A stretch of DNA of 64,000 nt from Deltaproteobacteria bacterium (lineage in GTDB: Bacteria; JAGRBM01; JAHCIT01). Each line of letters starts with the position of its first letter. The first letter of the stretch is position 1. Location: contig JAHCIT010000006.1 of NCBI GenBank assembly GCA_026129095.1, positions 64,235-128,234 of the forward strand, read 5' to 3'. Positions 29,804 to 39,016 of this stretch are shown piece by piece. The notes under the pieces were generated by a model. The model was not told where the DNA came from, did no database searches, and saw nothing but the letters and a program-made list of their open reading frames with translations. A program made the translations under genes and the position numbers.

Positions 29804-31302
29804 AAACCACCAGCACCAGCCAGCTCTTCGGCCACATCTGGAAAGCCGCCGACATCTTGCGCGGCTCCATCGACTCGTCCGACTACAAGGGGTTCATCTT
29901 CGCGATGATGTTCCTCAAGCGCGCCAACGACGTGTTCGAGGAAGAGGCCGAGAAAATTTTGAAGGAAACCGGCGACCGCAAGCTCGCCTACGAAGACGAG
30001 GACGAGCACCCGATCTTCGTGCCCAAGCGTGCGCGGTGGGAGGAACTCCGCAAGAAATCCACCCAGCTGGGCGACACCCTCAACAAGGCTTGCGAAGCGC
30101 TGGAACACTCCAATTCGACGCTTGAAGGCGTCCTTGCCGGCATCGACTTCAACGACGAGCACCGGCTGGGCGACGCCAAGCAGCGCGACATGCTGCTGGC
30201 GAAACTGATCCTTCATTTCTCGGAGATCAGCCTGCGGAACGCCGATCTGCCGGAGCCCGACGCGCTCGGCCGGGTCTATGAATACCTGATCGAGAAGTTC
30301 GCCGACGACGCCGGCAAGAAGGGCGGCGAGTTCTACACCCCGCGCGGCGTCGTCCAGCTTCTGGCGGAACTGCTCGAACCGAAAGAAGGGATGCGGATCT
30401 GCGACCCCACCTGCGGATCGGGCGGCATGCTGATCGAATGCGCGCACAAGATCGAGAATGACGGCGGCAACCCGCGCAACCTCTCCCTGTTCGGGCAGGA
30501 GAAGAACCTGGGCACCTGGGCCATCGCCAAGATGAACCTGCTCCTTCACGGGCTGCCGGACGCGCAGGTCGCCAAGGGGGACACGATCCGCGATCCCAAG
30601 TTCCTGGAAAAGGGCGAACTGATGCTGTTCGACCGGGTGATTGCCAATCCGCCGTTCAGCCTGGACGAATGGGGCCGCGATGCGGCCGAGGCCGACCGGT
30701 TCGGGCGCTTCAGGTTCGGCGTTCCGCCCGCCAGCAAGGGCGACCTAGCGTTCCTCCAGCACATGGTTGCGACGCTCAATGCCAAGGGCATGCTCGGCGT
30801 CGTCATGCCGCACGGCGTGCTGTTCCGGGGCGGTGCCGAAGGGAAGATCCGCGAAGGTCTCCTGAAGGAAGACCTGTTCGAGGCGGTGATCGGCCTGCCG
30901 GTGAACCTGTTCTACGGAACCGGGATTCCGGCGGCGATCCTGGTGCTGCGCCGGTCCGGAGCGAAACCGCCCGCCCGGCGCGGCAAGGTGCTGTTTATCA
31001 ACGCACCGGACGGATTCGAGAGCGCCCCGAACCAGAACAAGCTCCGGCCGCAGGATATCGAGCGGATCGCCAGGGCGTTCAAGGCCTTCAGGGACGAGGA
31101 GAACTTCGCCCGCGTCGTGCCGCTGAAAGAGATCGAGGACAACGGCTTCAACCTGAACATCTCCCGCTACGTGGAGATGGGCGGTGAAGATGCGATCCCC
31201 GACGTCCGCGAGGCGCTGAAAGCGCTCCGCGTCGCGGAAGCAAAGCGCGATGAGGCCGAGAAGCGCATGAACAGGATGCTCAGGGAACTCGGGTTCGAGT
31301 GA
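29800..31302 (+). CDS. hsdM: Type I restriction-modification N6-adenine DNA methyltransferase subunit
   Basis: The N-terminus SQLFGHIWKAADILRGSIDSSDYKGFIFAMMFLKR, the FYTPR motif, the SAM motif DPTCGSGGML and the NPPF motif (IANPPFS) are all present. Confidence 0.9.
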   Translation: MKTTSTSQLFGHIWKAADILRGSIDSSDYKGFIFAMMFLKRANDVFEEEAEKILKETGDRKLAYEDEDEHPIFVPKRARWEELRKKSTQLGDTLNKACEALEHSNSTLEGVLAGIDFNDEHRLGDAKQRDMLLAKLILHFSEISLRNADLPEPDALGRVYEYLIEKFADDAGKKGGEFYTPRGVVQLLAELLEPKEGMRICDPTCGSGGMLIECAHKIENDGGNPRNLSLFGQEKNLGTWAIAKMNLLLHGLPDAQVAKGDTIRDPKFLEKGELMLFDRVIANPPFSLDEWGRDAAEADRFGRFRFGVPPASKGDLAFLQHMVATLNAKGMLGVVMPHGVLFRGGAEGKIREGLLKEDLFEAVIGLPVNLFYGTGIPAAILVLRRSGAKPPARRGKVLFINAPDGFESAPNQNKLRPQDIERIARAFKAFRDEENFARVVPLKEIEDNGFNLNISRYVEMGGEDAIPDVREALKALRVAEAKRDEAEKRMNRMLRELGFE

Positions 31303-31853
31303 GCAGGGAGATGCAGGAATTCGCCATGTCGCGGCTTTGGGACCAACCGGGAGTGCCCCACAGGGGATGGAGGTGTATCGATGTCGTCGATAACCGGCCG
31401 GGTGACGTTGAGCCGGGCGAGGATGTCACCGAGGGCTATCCCACCTGCGAGATGTGCGGCCAGGAGCGGATACGGTTCGTGCATCTGATGGAGCATCCCG
31501 ATTTCCCGCAGCAACTGGACGTCGGCTGTGTCTGTGCGGAAAAGATGGAGGGCGACTACACCGGCCCGCGCCGGCGTGAGGCGACGCTCAAGAGCAAGGC
31601 CGCCCGCCGCGACAAATGGCTCACCCGGCGGTGGAACGAATCGGCGAAAGGGAACCCCTTCCTTCGCATTGAGGGCTTTGTCCTGACCGTATTCCGGGAT
31701 TCCCGCCGTCCCGGGCACTGGAAATGCAGCATTAAGGAACCCGGTGCCGAAGACCCGATCTTCGGCACCCAGTCCCATCCGTCCGAGGACGCCGCCAAGC
31801 TCGCCCTGTTCGAAAAGTTCTGGCACCTCCGGCAAAAAGGGACCGTCCAGTGA
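31299..31853 (+). CDS. Hypothetical Cys-rich (putative zinc-ribbon) protein embedded between hsdM and hsdS
   Basis: The 184-aa protein has the cysteine pattern WRCIDVV...YPTCEMCG...VGCVCAE. Its start and stop overlap the neighbouring genes by 4 nt each. Confidence 0.5.
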   Translation: MSREMQEFAMSRLWDQPGVPHRGWRCIDVVDNRPGDVEPGEDVTEGYPTCEMCGQERIRFVHLMEHPDFPQQLDVGCVCAEKMEGDYTGPRRREATLKSKAARRDKWLTRRWNESAKGNPFLRIEGFVLTVFRDSRRPGHWKCSIKEPGAEDPIFGTQSHPSEDAAKLALFEKFWHLRQKGTVQ

Positions 31854-33094
31854 CCAAGCCCCTTCCCAAAGGCTGGCGCCGCGTGCGGCTGGGCGAGTTT
31901 CTATCGCCGAGCAAGCTGCGCTTCGTTGTGCGCGACGACGTTACGTACACTCAAGTGACCGTAAGGATTCGCCATAAAGGCATCGTGGCAAGAGGTTACG
32001 AACAAGGTTCAAACATCAAGACGAAAAACCAGAATCAAATCAAAGCAGGGCAGTTTCTTATATCCAAGATCGACGCGCGTAACGGGGCCTGTGGTATTGT
32101 CCCACCAGAGCTTGATGATGCAGTAACGACTCACGACTTTCTTGCGTACGACGTCAATCCTGAAATTGTCGATCCGGGATTTTGGGACATCTATTCGTCG
32201 CTACCTTCGTTTGTCGAACTCTGTGCTTTGGCGAGTGAAGGGACAACGAATCGCGTTCGCCTGCGCCCCGATGAATTCCTGGACATGGAGATAGTGCTCC
32301 CTCCTCTCCCCGAGCAAAAACGGATCGCCGCCACCCTCCAGTCCGTCGACGCCGCCATCCGGGCCAACGAAGAGGTCATCGAAAAGACCCGCGACCTGAA
32401 AAAATCGCTCGCCAACGAGCTGCTGACCCGCGGTATCCCCGGCCGGCATAAGCGGTTCAAGGATTCCCCCATCGGCAAGATACCGGTGGACTGGGAGGTG
32501 AAGCGGCTGGGGGGCCTTCTTCTCCGGATCGAAGCAGGCAAAAGCCCCAAGTGTGAAGACCGTCCCGCCTCTCCAGAGGAATGGGGCGTGCTGAAAGTGA
32601 GCGCGGTAAGCTGGGGCACTTTTCATGCCCATGAGAATAAAGCGTTACTACCGTCGACATTGCCGTTCCCAGATTCTGAAGTTCAGGAGGGCGATCTTCT
32701 TCTTAGCAGAGCGAACACGCCGGATCTCGTTGGCCGTTGCGTAATCGTCGGGAAGGTGCGTCGACGCCTCCTGCTGTCTGACAAGACCCTTCGTCTTGTT
32801 CCCAATGATCGCCTCACCAGTAAACAGTTTCTAAATATCGCGTTGAATTCTCCCGATGCCAGAATACAGATTTCGTTAAATGCCACAGGCTCGTCACGCT
32901 CCATGAAGAATATTTCCCAAGAGACGCTACGGGATGTCGTCCTCCCTATACCGCCCATTGACGAACAGCGCCAGATCACTGAAGCGCTCGACACTACCGA
33001 TCCGCGAGATATCGAAGCGAAAACTGCCGTCCAGGAATATCGGAAAGTCGGTGCTTTACTACGGAGTTCTCTATTAGCGGGGATAAGTGTATGA
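31850..33094 (+). CDS. hsdS: Type I restriction-modification specificity subunit (two TRDs)
   Basis: The central and C-terminal conserved repeats are LPPLPEQKRIAATLQSVDAAI and LPIPPIDEQRQITEALDT. TRD1 (~31930-32300) is markedly AT-richer than the rest of the gene. Confidence 0.85.
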   Translation: MTKPLPKGWRRVRLGEFLSPSKLRFVVRDDVTYTQVTVRIRHKGIVARGYEQGSNIKTKNQNQIKAGQFLISKIDARNGACGIVPPELDDAVTTHDFLAYDVNPEIVDPGFWDIYSSLPSFVELCALASEGTTNRVRLRPDEFLDMEIVLPPLPEQKRIAATLQSVDAAIRANEEVIEKTRDLKKSLANELLTRGIPGRHKRFKDSPIGKIPVDWEVKRLGGLLLRIEAGKSPKCEDRPASPEEWGVLKVSAVSWGTFHAHENKALLPSTLPFPDSEVQEGDLLLSRANTPDLVGRCVIVGKVRRRLLLSDKTLRLVPNDRLTSKQFLNIALNSPDARIQISLNATGSSRSMKNISQETLRDVVLPIPPIDEQRQITEALDTTDPRDIEAKTAVQEYRKVGALLRSSLLAGISV

Positions 33095-33384
33095 ACTCAC
33101 TCATTACAGACGCCGTCCGCGAGCGCCGCGTCCTGACCTTCACCTATGATGGTTTTGAACGGCAGGTCGAGCCCTATACCTATGGAAAGCTGACGACCGG
33201 ATATGAAGGGTTGCGGGCGTTCCAGACCGGCGGCGGTTCGCGCTCCGGCAACCAGCCCATGTGGCGGCTGTTCCACGTCAACAGGATTCGCGGCCTCGCC
33301 CTGACCGAGGACCGGTTCACCAACCCAAGACCCGACTACAACCCCCAGGATTCCGACTTCCGGACCATCTGGGCGGGGGTGTGA
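33091..33384 (+). CDS. Small WYL-domain protein
   Basis: RVLTFTYDGFERQVEPYTYGKL...MWRLFHVNRIRGLALTEDRF matches the WYL-domain pattern (...Y....R.veP......WYL.a.....RtFRldRI). The ORF is 97 aa. Confidence 0.6.
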   Translation: MNSLITDAVRERRVLTFTYDGFERQVEPYTYGKLTTGYEGLRAFQTGGGSRSGNQPMWRLFHVNRIRGLALTEDRFTNPRPDYNPQDSDFRTIWAGV

Positions 33385-33387
33385 GCG

Positions 33388-34446
33388 ATGGCCAAGGGAA
33401 TAAATACTACGGGTGTACGGCTCCTTGATTACAAGGAAGTCCTGTCGTCACTCCCTGAAAAGAAGAAGCGCCACCTTCTCCTTGGGAACGGCTTCAGCCG
33501 CGCACTGCGCAACGACATTTTCTCTTACGATGCGTTGTTTGACCAGGCGGATTTCACGTCAATTGATCCCAGAATCAAGGATCTCTTCGGATCCCTTGGC
33601 ACCACCGATTTTGAAACTGTTATGCGCGTGCTTAGAGATGCATCGAACCTGATCAACGTATACTTGCCCAAAGATAAGTTGCTTGCGAATACCCTCATCG
33701 AACATTCCAATGCCTTAAAAGGCCTCTTGGCCAAAACTATTTCCGACAACCACCCCGCTCATCCAAACGAAATCAAGGAAGAGCAGTATCAGCATTGCCG
33801 CATTTTTCTGAATTCGTTCAAAGATGTTTATACGCTGAACTATGACCTTCTGCTTTATTGGACCCTCATGCACGAAGAGCTGGGAGATTCGCTTTCCAAT
33901 GATGACGGCTTCCGTACGCCAGATTCAGGTGAGCAGGAGTATGTCACCTGGGAAGTCGAGAATTCTAACAAGCAGACGGTTTTCTATCTCCATGGCGCGC
34001 TCCACTTGTTTGATGCTGGCGCTGAGCTCCAGAAATACACTTGGAAGAACACGCAGGTACGATTGATCAAGCAGATTCAAAACGCCCTCGAAGAAGACCG
34101 CTATCCACTAATCGTTGCTGAAGGAACCGCCGATGGAAAACGACGCCAGATCAAGCATAGCGGCTATTTAACGAGGGGTTTCCGCAGTCTTTCCAATATT
34201 GGCGAGACCATGATTATGTTTGGTGTTTCGTGTTCCAAACAGGATGAGCACATCCTCAAAGCGATAGAAAAGGGAAGTGGCAATGGCATCACCGATATAT
34301 ACGTAAGCATTTTCGGCGATCCCGATAGTGACGCCAATAAACGCATTATCCGCCGCGCCAAACAGATGGGAATCGCTCGGCCCAAATACCGAAAAGCATT
34401 GACCGTCTCCTTCTTTGACGCGTCAACCGCAAAGGTCTGGGGCTAA
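33388..34446 (+). CDS. SIR2-like (SIR2_2/DUF4917-type) protein
   Basis: LLLGNGFS, YTLNYDLLLYW and FYLHGALH correspond to the GAGxS, TTNYD and HLHG signatures of the SIR2-like family. The protein is 352 aa and the gene is noticeably lower in GC than its neighbours. Confidence 0.6.
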   Translation: MAKGINTTGVRLLDYKEVLSSLPEKKKRHLLLGNGFSRALRNDIFSYDALFDQADFTSIDPRIKDLFGSLGTTDFETVMRVLRDASNLINVYLPKDKLLANTLIEHSNALKGLLAKTISDNHPAHPNEIKEEQYQHCRIFLNSFKDVYTLNYDLLLYWTLMHEELGDSLSNDDGFRTPDSGEQEYVTWEVENSNKQTVFYLHGALHLFDAGAELQKYTWKNTQVRLIKQIQNALEEDRYPLIVAEGTADGKRRQIKHSGYLTRGFRSLSNIGETMIMFGVSCSKQDEHILKAIEKGSGNGITDIYVSIFGDPDSDANKRIIRRAKQMGIARPKYRKALTVSFFDASTAKVWG

Positions 34447-34448
34447 TC

Positions 34449-37400
34449 GTGAGCGATACTCTTTCTCGTCTAGACCAGCTTCGGGCCACCTGGCAGGCCC
34501 GGTTGCCGCTGTCGTCCGACGATCTCAGGCGGCTGCGCGAGCACTGGGAAATCGTTCACACCTACAACTCGAACGCGATCGAAGGGAATACGCTTACCCT
34601 CGGCGAGACCAAGGCGATCCTGATCGACGGGATCACCATCAGCGGCAAGCCGCTTCGGGAAATCCTCGAAGCCACCAATCACAAGTCGGCGATGGGGCTT
34701 CTCTACCGGCTGGCCGAGTCAAAGACGCCGCTGACGGAACCGGAAATCCTGGACCTTCACCGGCTGATCCTGAACGCGATCCGGCCCGACGACGCCGGGC
34801 GCTACCGCACAGATACGGTTCGGGTCGGTGGTTCCCGTCATGTATTTCCGAACCCGGCCAAGGTCCCGGACCTGATGGCGGAGTTTGTTGCCGGGATTGC
34901 GAAGGAAACTGGCCATCCGGTGAAAATCGCCGCCCGCGCCCACTTCCGGTTTGTCGCCATTCACCCGTTCGCCGACGGCAACGGACGTACAGCCCGTCTG
35001 CTGATGAACCTGCTGCTCATGAGGTCGGGCTATCCGCCTGCGTTCCTGCCGGTCGAACGGCGGGGCGAGTATTACGACCTGCTCGAAGAGTCTCATACAA
35101 AGGGGACGGGCCGCTTCGAATCATTCATCGCCGAATGCGTGGCGGAGTCTCTTGAAGATACGCTTGAGGGGTTGGGCGGAGTGGATGCGGCTCCGGCGGC
35201 TCCTGCCGCCGCTCCGGCAACAAAGACCAGACCGGCGGGCACGGCCGGGCGCTCGTCCCGGTGGAACGAGGAAGACCTCTCGGAGGGACCGGCCGTGGCC
35301 TTGCTGGAAAAGCTGGGCTGGACATTCATCGAGAGCGAACGCCTGAATTCCGACCGGGATACGAACCGGGACGCGATTCTGGCCAGACGGCTGGAGAAGG
35401 CGCTCCGGAGGCTGAACCCGTGGCTGTCGGACGACAATCTCCACCGGGCCGTCCGCTCGGTCACGCATATCCCCGCCACGGGCCTGATCGAGGCGAACGA
35501 GCGGGTTCACCGGACCCTCGTGCATACGCTGTCGCTGGAACAGGACCTGAACGACGGACGCGGGAAGATCGGCCGCGACGTCCATTTCATCGACTTCGCC
35601 AATTCGCGGAATAACGAGTTCGTCGTCACCCGGCAGTTCGATGTCCAGGGGGCCAATCAGCGGCGGATCTTCGATGCCGTCTGCTTCGTGAACGGTCTCC
35701 CGCTGGCGATCATCGAGTGCAAGTCGCCCACGCTCGGCGAAAAGTGGTTCGAGGAGGCGATGAAATCCCTGAACCTCTATCAGGAGGCGAAGGACGAATA
35801 CGCCGGTCAGGGCGTCCCGAAGGCGTTCGAAGCGACACAGGTGGTCGCCGCGCTTGCGGGCTCGTCCGGGGCAAAACTCGCCACCGTGCTGACTCCGGAC
35901 CGGCATTATGCCGAGTGGCGGGAGCCGTTCCCACTATCGCGGGAGGCCGTCGCTGGTCTCGTCGGCCGCGAGGTGACGCCACAGGATCTTCTGATCGCGA
36001 GCGCCCTTTCGCCGGAAAGCCTGCTCGACCTCGTTTCGAACTTCGTCGTTTTTGAACCCGAAGGGGCGAGGCGCGTCAAGAAACTCGCCAAGTACCAGCA
36101 GTTCATCGCCGTGAACCGGGCGCTAGACCGCATCAGAACCGCTCCTGACCCGGCGGCCCGTGGCGGCATAGTCTGGCACACCCAGGGCTCGGGCAAATCG
36201 CTCACGATGCTCTGGCTGGCGGTGAAACTGCGCCGGCTGGCGGCTCTGGAGAACCCGTCCATTGTGATCGTCACGGACCGTACGGATCTCGACACCCAGA
36301 TCAGCGAGACCTTTGAGCGGTGCGGCTTCCCGAATCCCCAGCAGGCGAAAAGCGTCCGGCATCTGGCCGAACTACTCGGGGCCGGATCGGGCCTCACGAT
36401 CACGACAACGATCCAGAAGTTTCAGGGCGTGTCCGGCGGCAAGCAGACGGCCCTGAACGAGGCGTCGAACCTGTTTGTCCTTGTCGATGAGGCGCACCGG
36501 ACCCAGTACAAATCGCTCGCGGCCCGCATGCGTCAGGCCCTTCCGAATGCCTGCTTCCTGGGTTTTACCGGAACGCCGATCGACAAGAACGACCGTTCCA
36601 CCCCGAAGGTTTTCGGCCCCTACATCCATACCTATCCGATCCAGCAGGCGGTGGAAGACGGCGCGACGGTTCCCATTTATTACGAAGGCCGTCTGACCGA
36701 GCTTCACGTCGAAGGCTCGTCGCTCGATGCGGTATTTGGCCGGGTGTTCGCGGACAAGTCGGATGATGAAAAGGCGGCCATCCGCAAGAAGTTCGTCACC
36801 TACGAGGCGGTCGCCGGGGCTCCGAGCCGGATCACGCGAATCTGCACGGACCTCGTCGACCATTTCGAGAAGTTCATCCGGCCGAACGGATTCAAGGCGC
36901 AGGTTGTCGCCTGCACGCGGGACGCCGCCGTCACCTACCTTGAAACGCTGGAACGGCTGGGAGCACCCGAGTGCGCGCTCATCATGTCCGGCACCCATAC
37001 GGATGAGGACCGGCTCGCACGGCATCACAAGTCCAGGGAACAGCAGAAGGAGCTGATCGCCCGGTTTATCAACAAGGACGATCCGCTTTCAATTTTAGTC
37101 GTCTGCGACATGCTGCTGACCGGCTTCGATGCGCCGGTCGAACAGGTGATGTATCTGGACAGCCCCCTCAAAGAGCACAATCTTCTCCAGGCAATCGCCC
37201 GCGTGAACCGCACGGCCGAAGGCAAGACTTACGGTCTTGTGGTGGACTACTGGGGCATCTCCGATGAACTCCAGGACGCGCTGGCCGTTTTCGATCCCAA
37301 AGACATTCAGGGCGCGCTGGTGGAGATTTCCAGCGAGCTGCCGAGGCTGGAGAACCGGCACCGGCAGGTCATGGACCTGTTCAGGAAGGTGGACCGCAAA

Positions 37401-38258
37401 GACCCGGAAGCCTGTCTCCGGATTCTGGAGCCTGAAGACCGGCGGGCCGAGTTCGAAGCGAAGTTCCGCAAGTTCGCCCAGAGCATGGACATGGTTCTGC
37501 CCGATCCCGCCGCCCTGAAGTTCCAGAAAGACCTGACCTGGCTTGGCAAACTCCGCGTCATGGCCCGTGCGCGGTTCCGCGATGATAGCCTCGATCTCTC
37601 CGGCTGCGGCGCAAAGGTCAAAAAACTCATTGAGGAATACGTACGAGCTGACGAGGTTGTCCAACTCACGGAGCCGGTTTCGATCTTCTCGAAGCGGTTC
37701 GATGAAGAAGTGGACAAGCTCAAGTCTCCGGAGGCGAAAGCCAGCGAGATGGAACACGCCGTCAAGCACGAGATCAGTGTCAAGATCTCCGAAGACCCCG
37801 TGTTCTACCAGAAACTCTCGGAACGTCTGGAGGAGATTATCCGTGACCGCAGGGAGCATCGTATCCAGGCGGCAGAGGCGATCAAGCGGCTGCAACTGGT
37901 CCTCGACGAACTCCGTGGCCGTCATCAGCAAGCGAACTCTTTGGGCCTAAGTGATGAGGAACTAGCGTTTTTCAACGCGATCCAGGCGCCGGGGAGTTCC
38001 AATACGCTCAAGGAGGAACCCGCTCCATATGGGAATGCTCACTCTCCCCAAGAGCAGGAACGGGCGAAACTCGCCGCGGAAGTTTTCGCCATGCTTAAAG
38101 AACTCGCCGTCATTGACTGGGTCCGCAAAGAGGATGTCCAGAGGGAAATGCGCCGTCAGGTCAAGCGGCGACTCCGCTTCGCTGGGTTCGGCGATGATGA
38201 GACAGAAAAACTGACCACCTCGCTGATGGATCTCGCCAGAGCACGGCTCGCGAAGTGA
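34449..38258 (+). CDS. hsdR: Type I restriction enzyme R subunit (HsdR) with an N-terminal Fic (AMPylase-type) domain fusion
   Basis: The HsdR part has the Walker A motif HTQGSGKS, the DEAH box LVDEAHR, an HsdR N-terminal region (ALLEKLGWTFIE) and a C-terminal helicase domain. The first ~230 aa contain the Fic motif HPFADGNGRTARLLMNLLL, joined by an Ala/Pro-rich linker. The total is 1269 aa with a GTG start. Confidence 0.85.
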   Translation: MSDTLSRLDQLRATWQARLPLSSDDLRRLREHWEIVHTYNSNAIEGNTLTLGETKAILIDGITISGKPLREILEATNHKSAMGLLYRLAESKTPLTEPEILDLHRLILNAIRPDDAGRYRTDTVRVGGSRHVFPNPAKVPDLMAEFVAGIAKETGHPVKIAARAHFRFVAIHPFADGNGRTARLLMNLLLMRSGYPPAFLPVERRGEYYDLLEESHTKGTGRFESFIAECVAESLEDTLEGLGGVDAAPAAPAAAPATKTRPAGTAGRSSRWNEEDLSEGPAVALLEKLGWTFIESERLNSDRDTNRDAILARRLEKALRRLNPWLSDDNLHRAVRSVTHIPATGLIEANERVHRTLVHTLSLEQDLNDGRGKIGRDVHFIDFANSRNNEFVVTRQFDVQGANQRRIFDAVCFVNGLPLAIIECKSPTLGEKWFEEAMKSLNLYQEAKDEYAGQGVPKAFEATQVVAALAGSSGAKLATVLTPDRHYAEWREPFPLSREAVAGLVGREVTPQDLLIASALSPESLLDLVSNFVVFEPEGARRVKKLAKYQQFIAVNRALDRIRTAPDPAARGGIVWHTQGSGKSLTMLWLAVKLRRLAALENPSIVIVTDRTDLDTQISETFERCGFPNPQQAKSVRHLAELLGAGSGLTITTTIQKFQGVSGGKQTALNEASNLFVLVDEAHRTQYKSLAARMRQALPNACFLGFTGTPIDKNDRSTPKVFGPYIHTYPIQQAVEDGATVPIYYEGRLTELHVEGSSLDAVFGRVFADKSDDEKAAIRKKFVTYEAVAGAPSRITRICTDLVDHFEKFIRPNGFKAQVVACTRDAAVTYLETLERLGAPECALIMSGTHTDEDRLARHHKSREQQKELIARFINKDDPLSILVVCDMLLTGFDAPVEQVMYLDSPLKEHNLLQAIARVNRTAEGKTYGLVVDYWGISDELQDALAVFDPKDIQGALVEISSELPRLENRHRQVMDLFRKVDRKDPEACLRILEPEDRRAEFEAKFRKFAQSMDMVLPDPAALKFQKDLTWLGKLRVMARARFRDDSLDLSGCGAKVKKLIEEYVRADEVVQLTEPVSIFSKRFDEEVDKLKSPEAKASEMEHAVKHEISVKISEDPVFYQKLSERLEEIIRDRREHRIQAAEAIKRLQLVLDELRGRHQQANSLGLSDEELAFFNAIQAPGSSNTLKEEPAPYGNAHSPQEQERAKLAAEVFAMLKELAVIDWVRKEDVQREMRRQVKRRLRFAGFGDDETEKLTTSLMDLARARLAK

Positions 38259-38261
38259 TCC

Positions 38262-38990
38262 ATGGTACTTCGTTCCTTCCAGTTCGGTAACACCCGAATC
38301 AGCTACCGGACGATCCGCTCCAGCCGGCGGACCACAATAGGCATTGCTGTAAAACCAGACGGGAAAGTTGTGGCTTCGGTGCCACAGGGCATAACGGTTT
38401 CCAAAGTGGACCGGGCCATTCGGTCCAAAGCCCGTTGGATCTACCAGAAGCAGCTTGAGGCGCGGGAGTTACAGTCCCAGCAGCCTTCCGGCAGGGAATT
38501 CGTTGACGGCGAGACGTTCAAATATCTGGGCCGGGGGTACCGGTTGCGGATTTCAGTGGGTCACCAGTCCGAGGTTCGTCTGATGAATGGCCGCTTAAGA
38601 GTCATCGTGGCAAACAAGCCCGCGAGTGGGCGCAAGCCTGAGCTGGTCCGTTCCGCCCTGATAGAATGGTATCGACAGCATGCGATCCAGCGTCTCGCCG
38701 AACGAATGGATTACTGGTCCAGAAGGATGGGGATATCACGTCCCAGAATGTTGCTGGGAGACCAGAATCGCCGCTGGGGGAGTTGTAGCGCGAAAGGCGA
38801 AGTCCGGATCAACTGGCGGATTATTCAGGCCCCCATGAGGATCGTAGACTATGTGATTGTCCACGAACTGGTCCATCTGATCCATCCGGATCACTCAAGG
38901 GCATACTGGAAAGCGCTTCATCGTGTCTTGCCGGATGCGCCTCAACGAAAATCCCGCCTGTATCTCATCGGCCCCGAGCTGATGTGGTGA
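38262..38990 (+). CDS. YgjP-like (DUF45/WLM-type) zinc metallopeptidase associated with Type I RM
   Basis: The HEXXH motif is in IVHELVHLIHPDHS, and RWGSCSAKGEVRINWRI is typical of DUF45. The gene starts 4 nt after the hsdR stop. Confidence 0.75.
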   Translation: MVLRSFQFGNTRISYRTIRSSRRTTIGIAVKPDGKVVASVPQGITVSKVDRAIRSKARWIYQKQLEARELQSQQPSGREFVDGETFKYLGRGYRLRISVGHQSEVRLMNGRLRVIVANKPASGRKPELVRSALIEWYRQHAIQRLAERMDYWSRRMGISRPRMLLGDQNRRWGSCSAKGEVRINWRIIQAPMRIVDYVIVHELVHLIHPDHSRAYWKALHRVLPDAPQRKSRLYLIGPELMW

Positions 38991-39016
38991 GCGGGATTTC
39001 CGGAATGAGGACTGCT

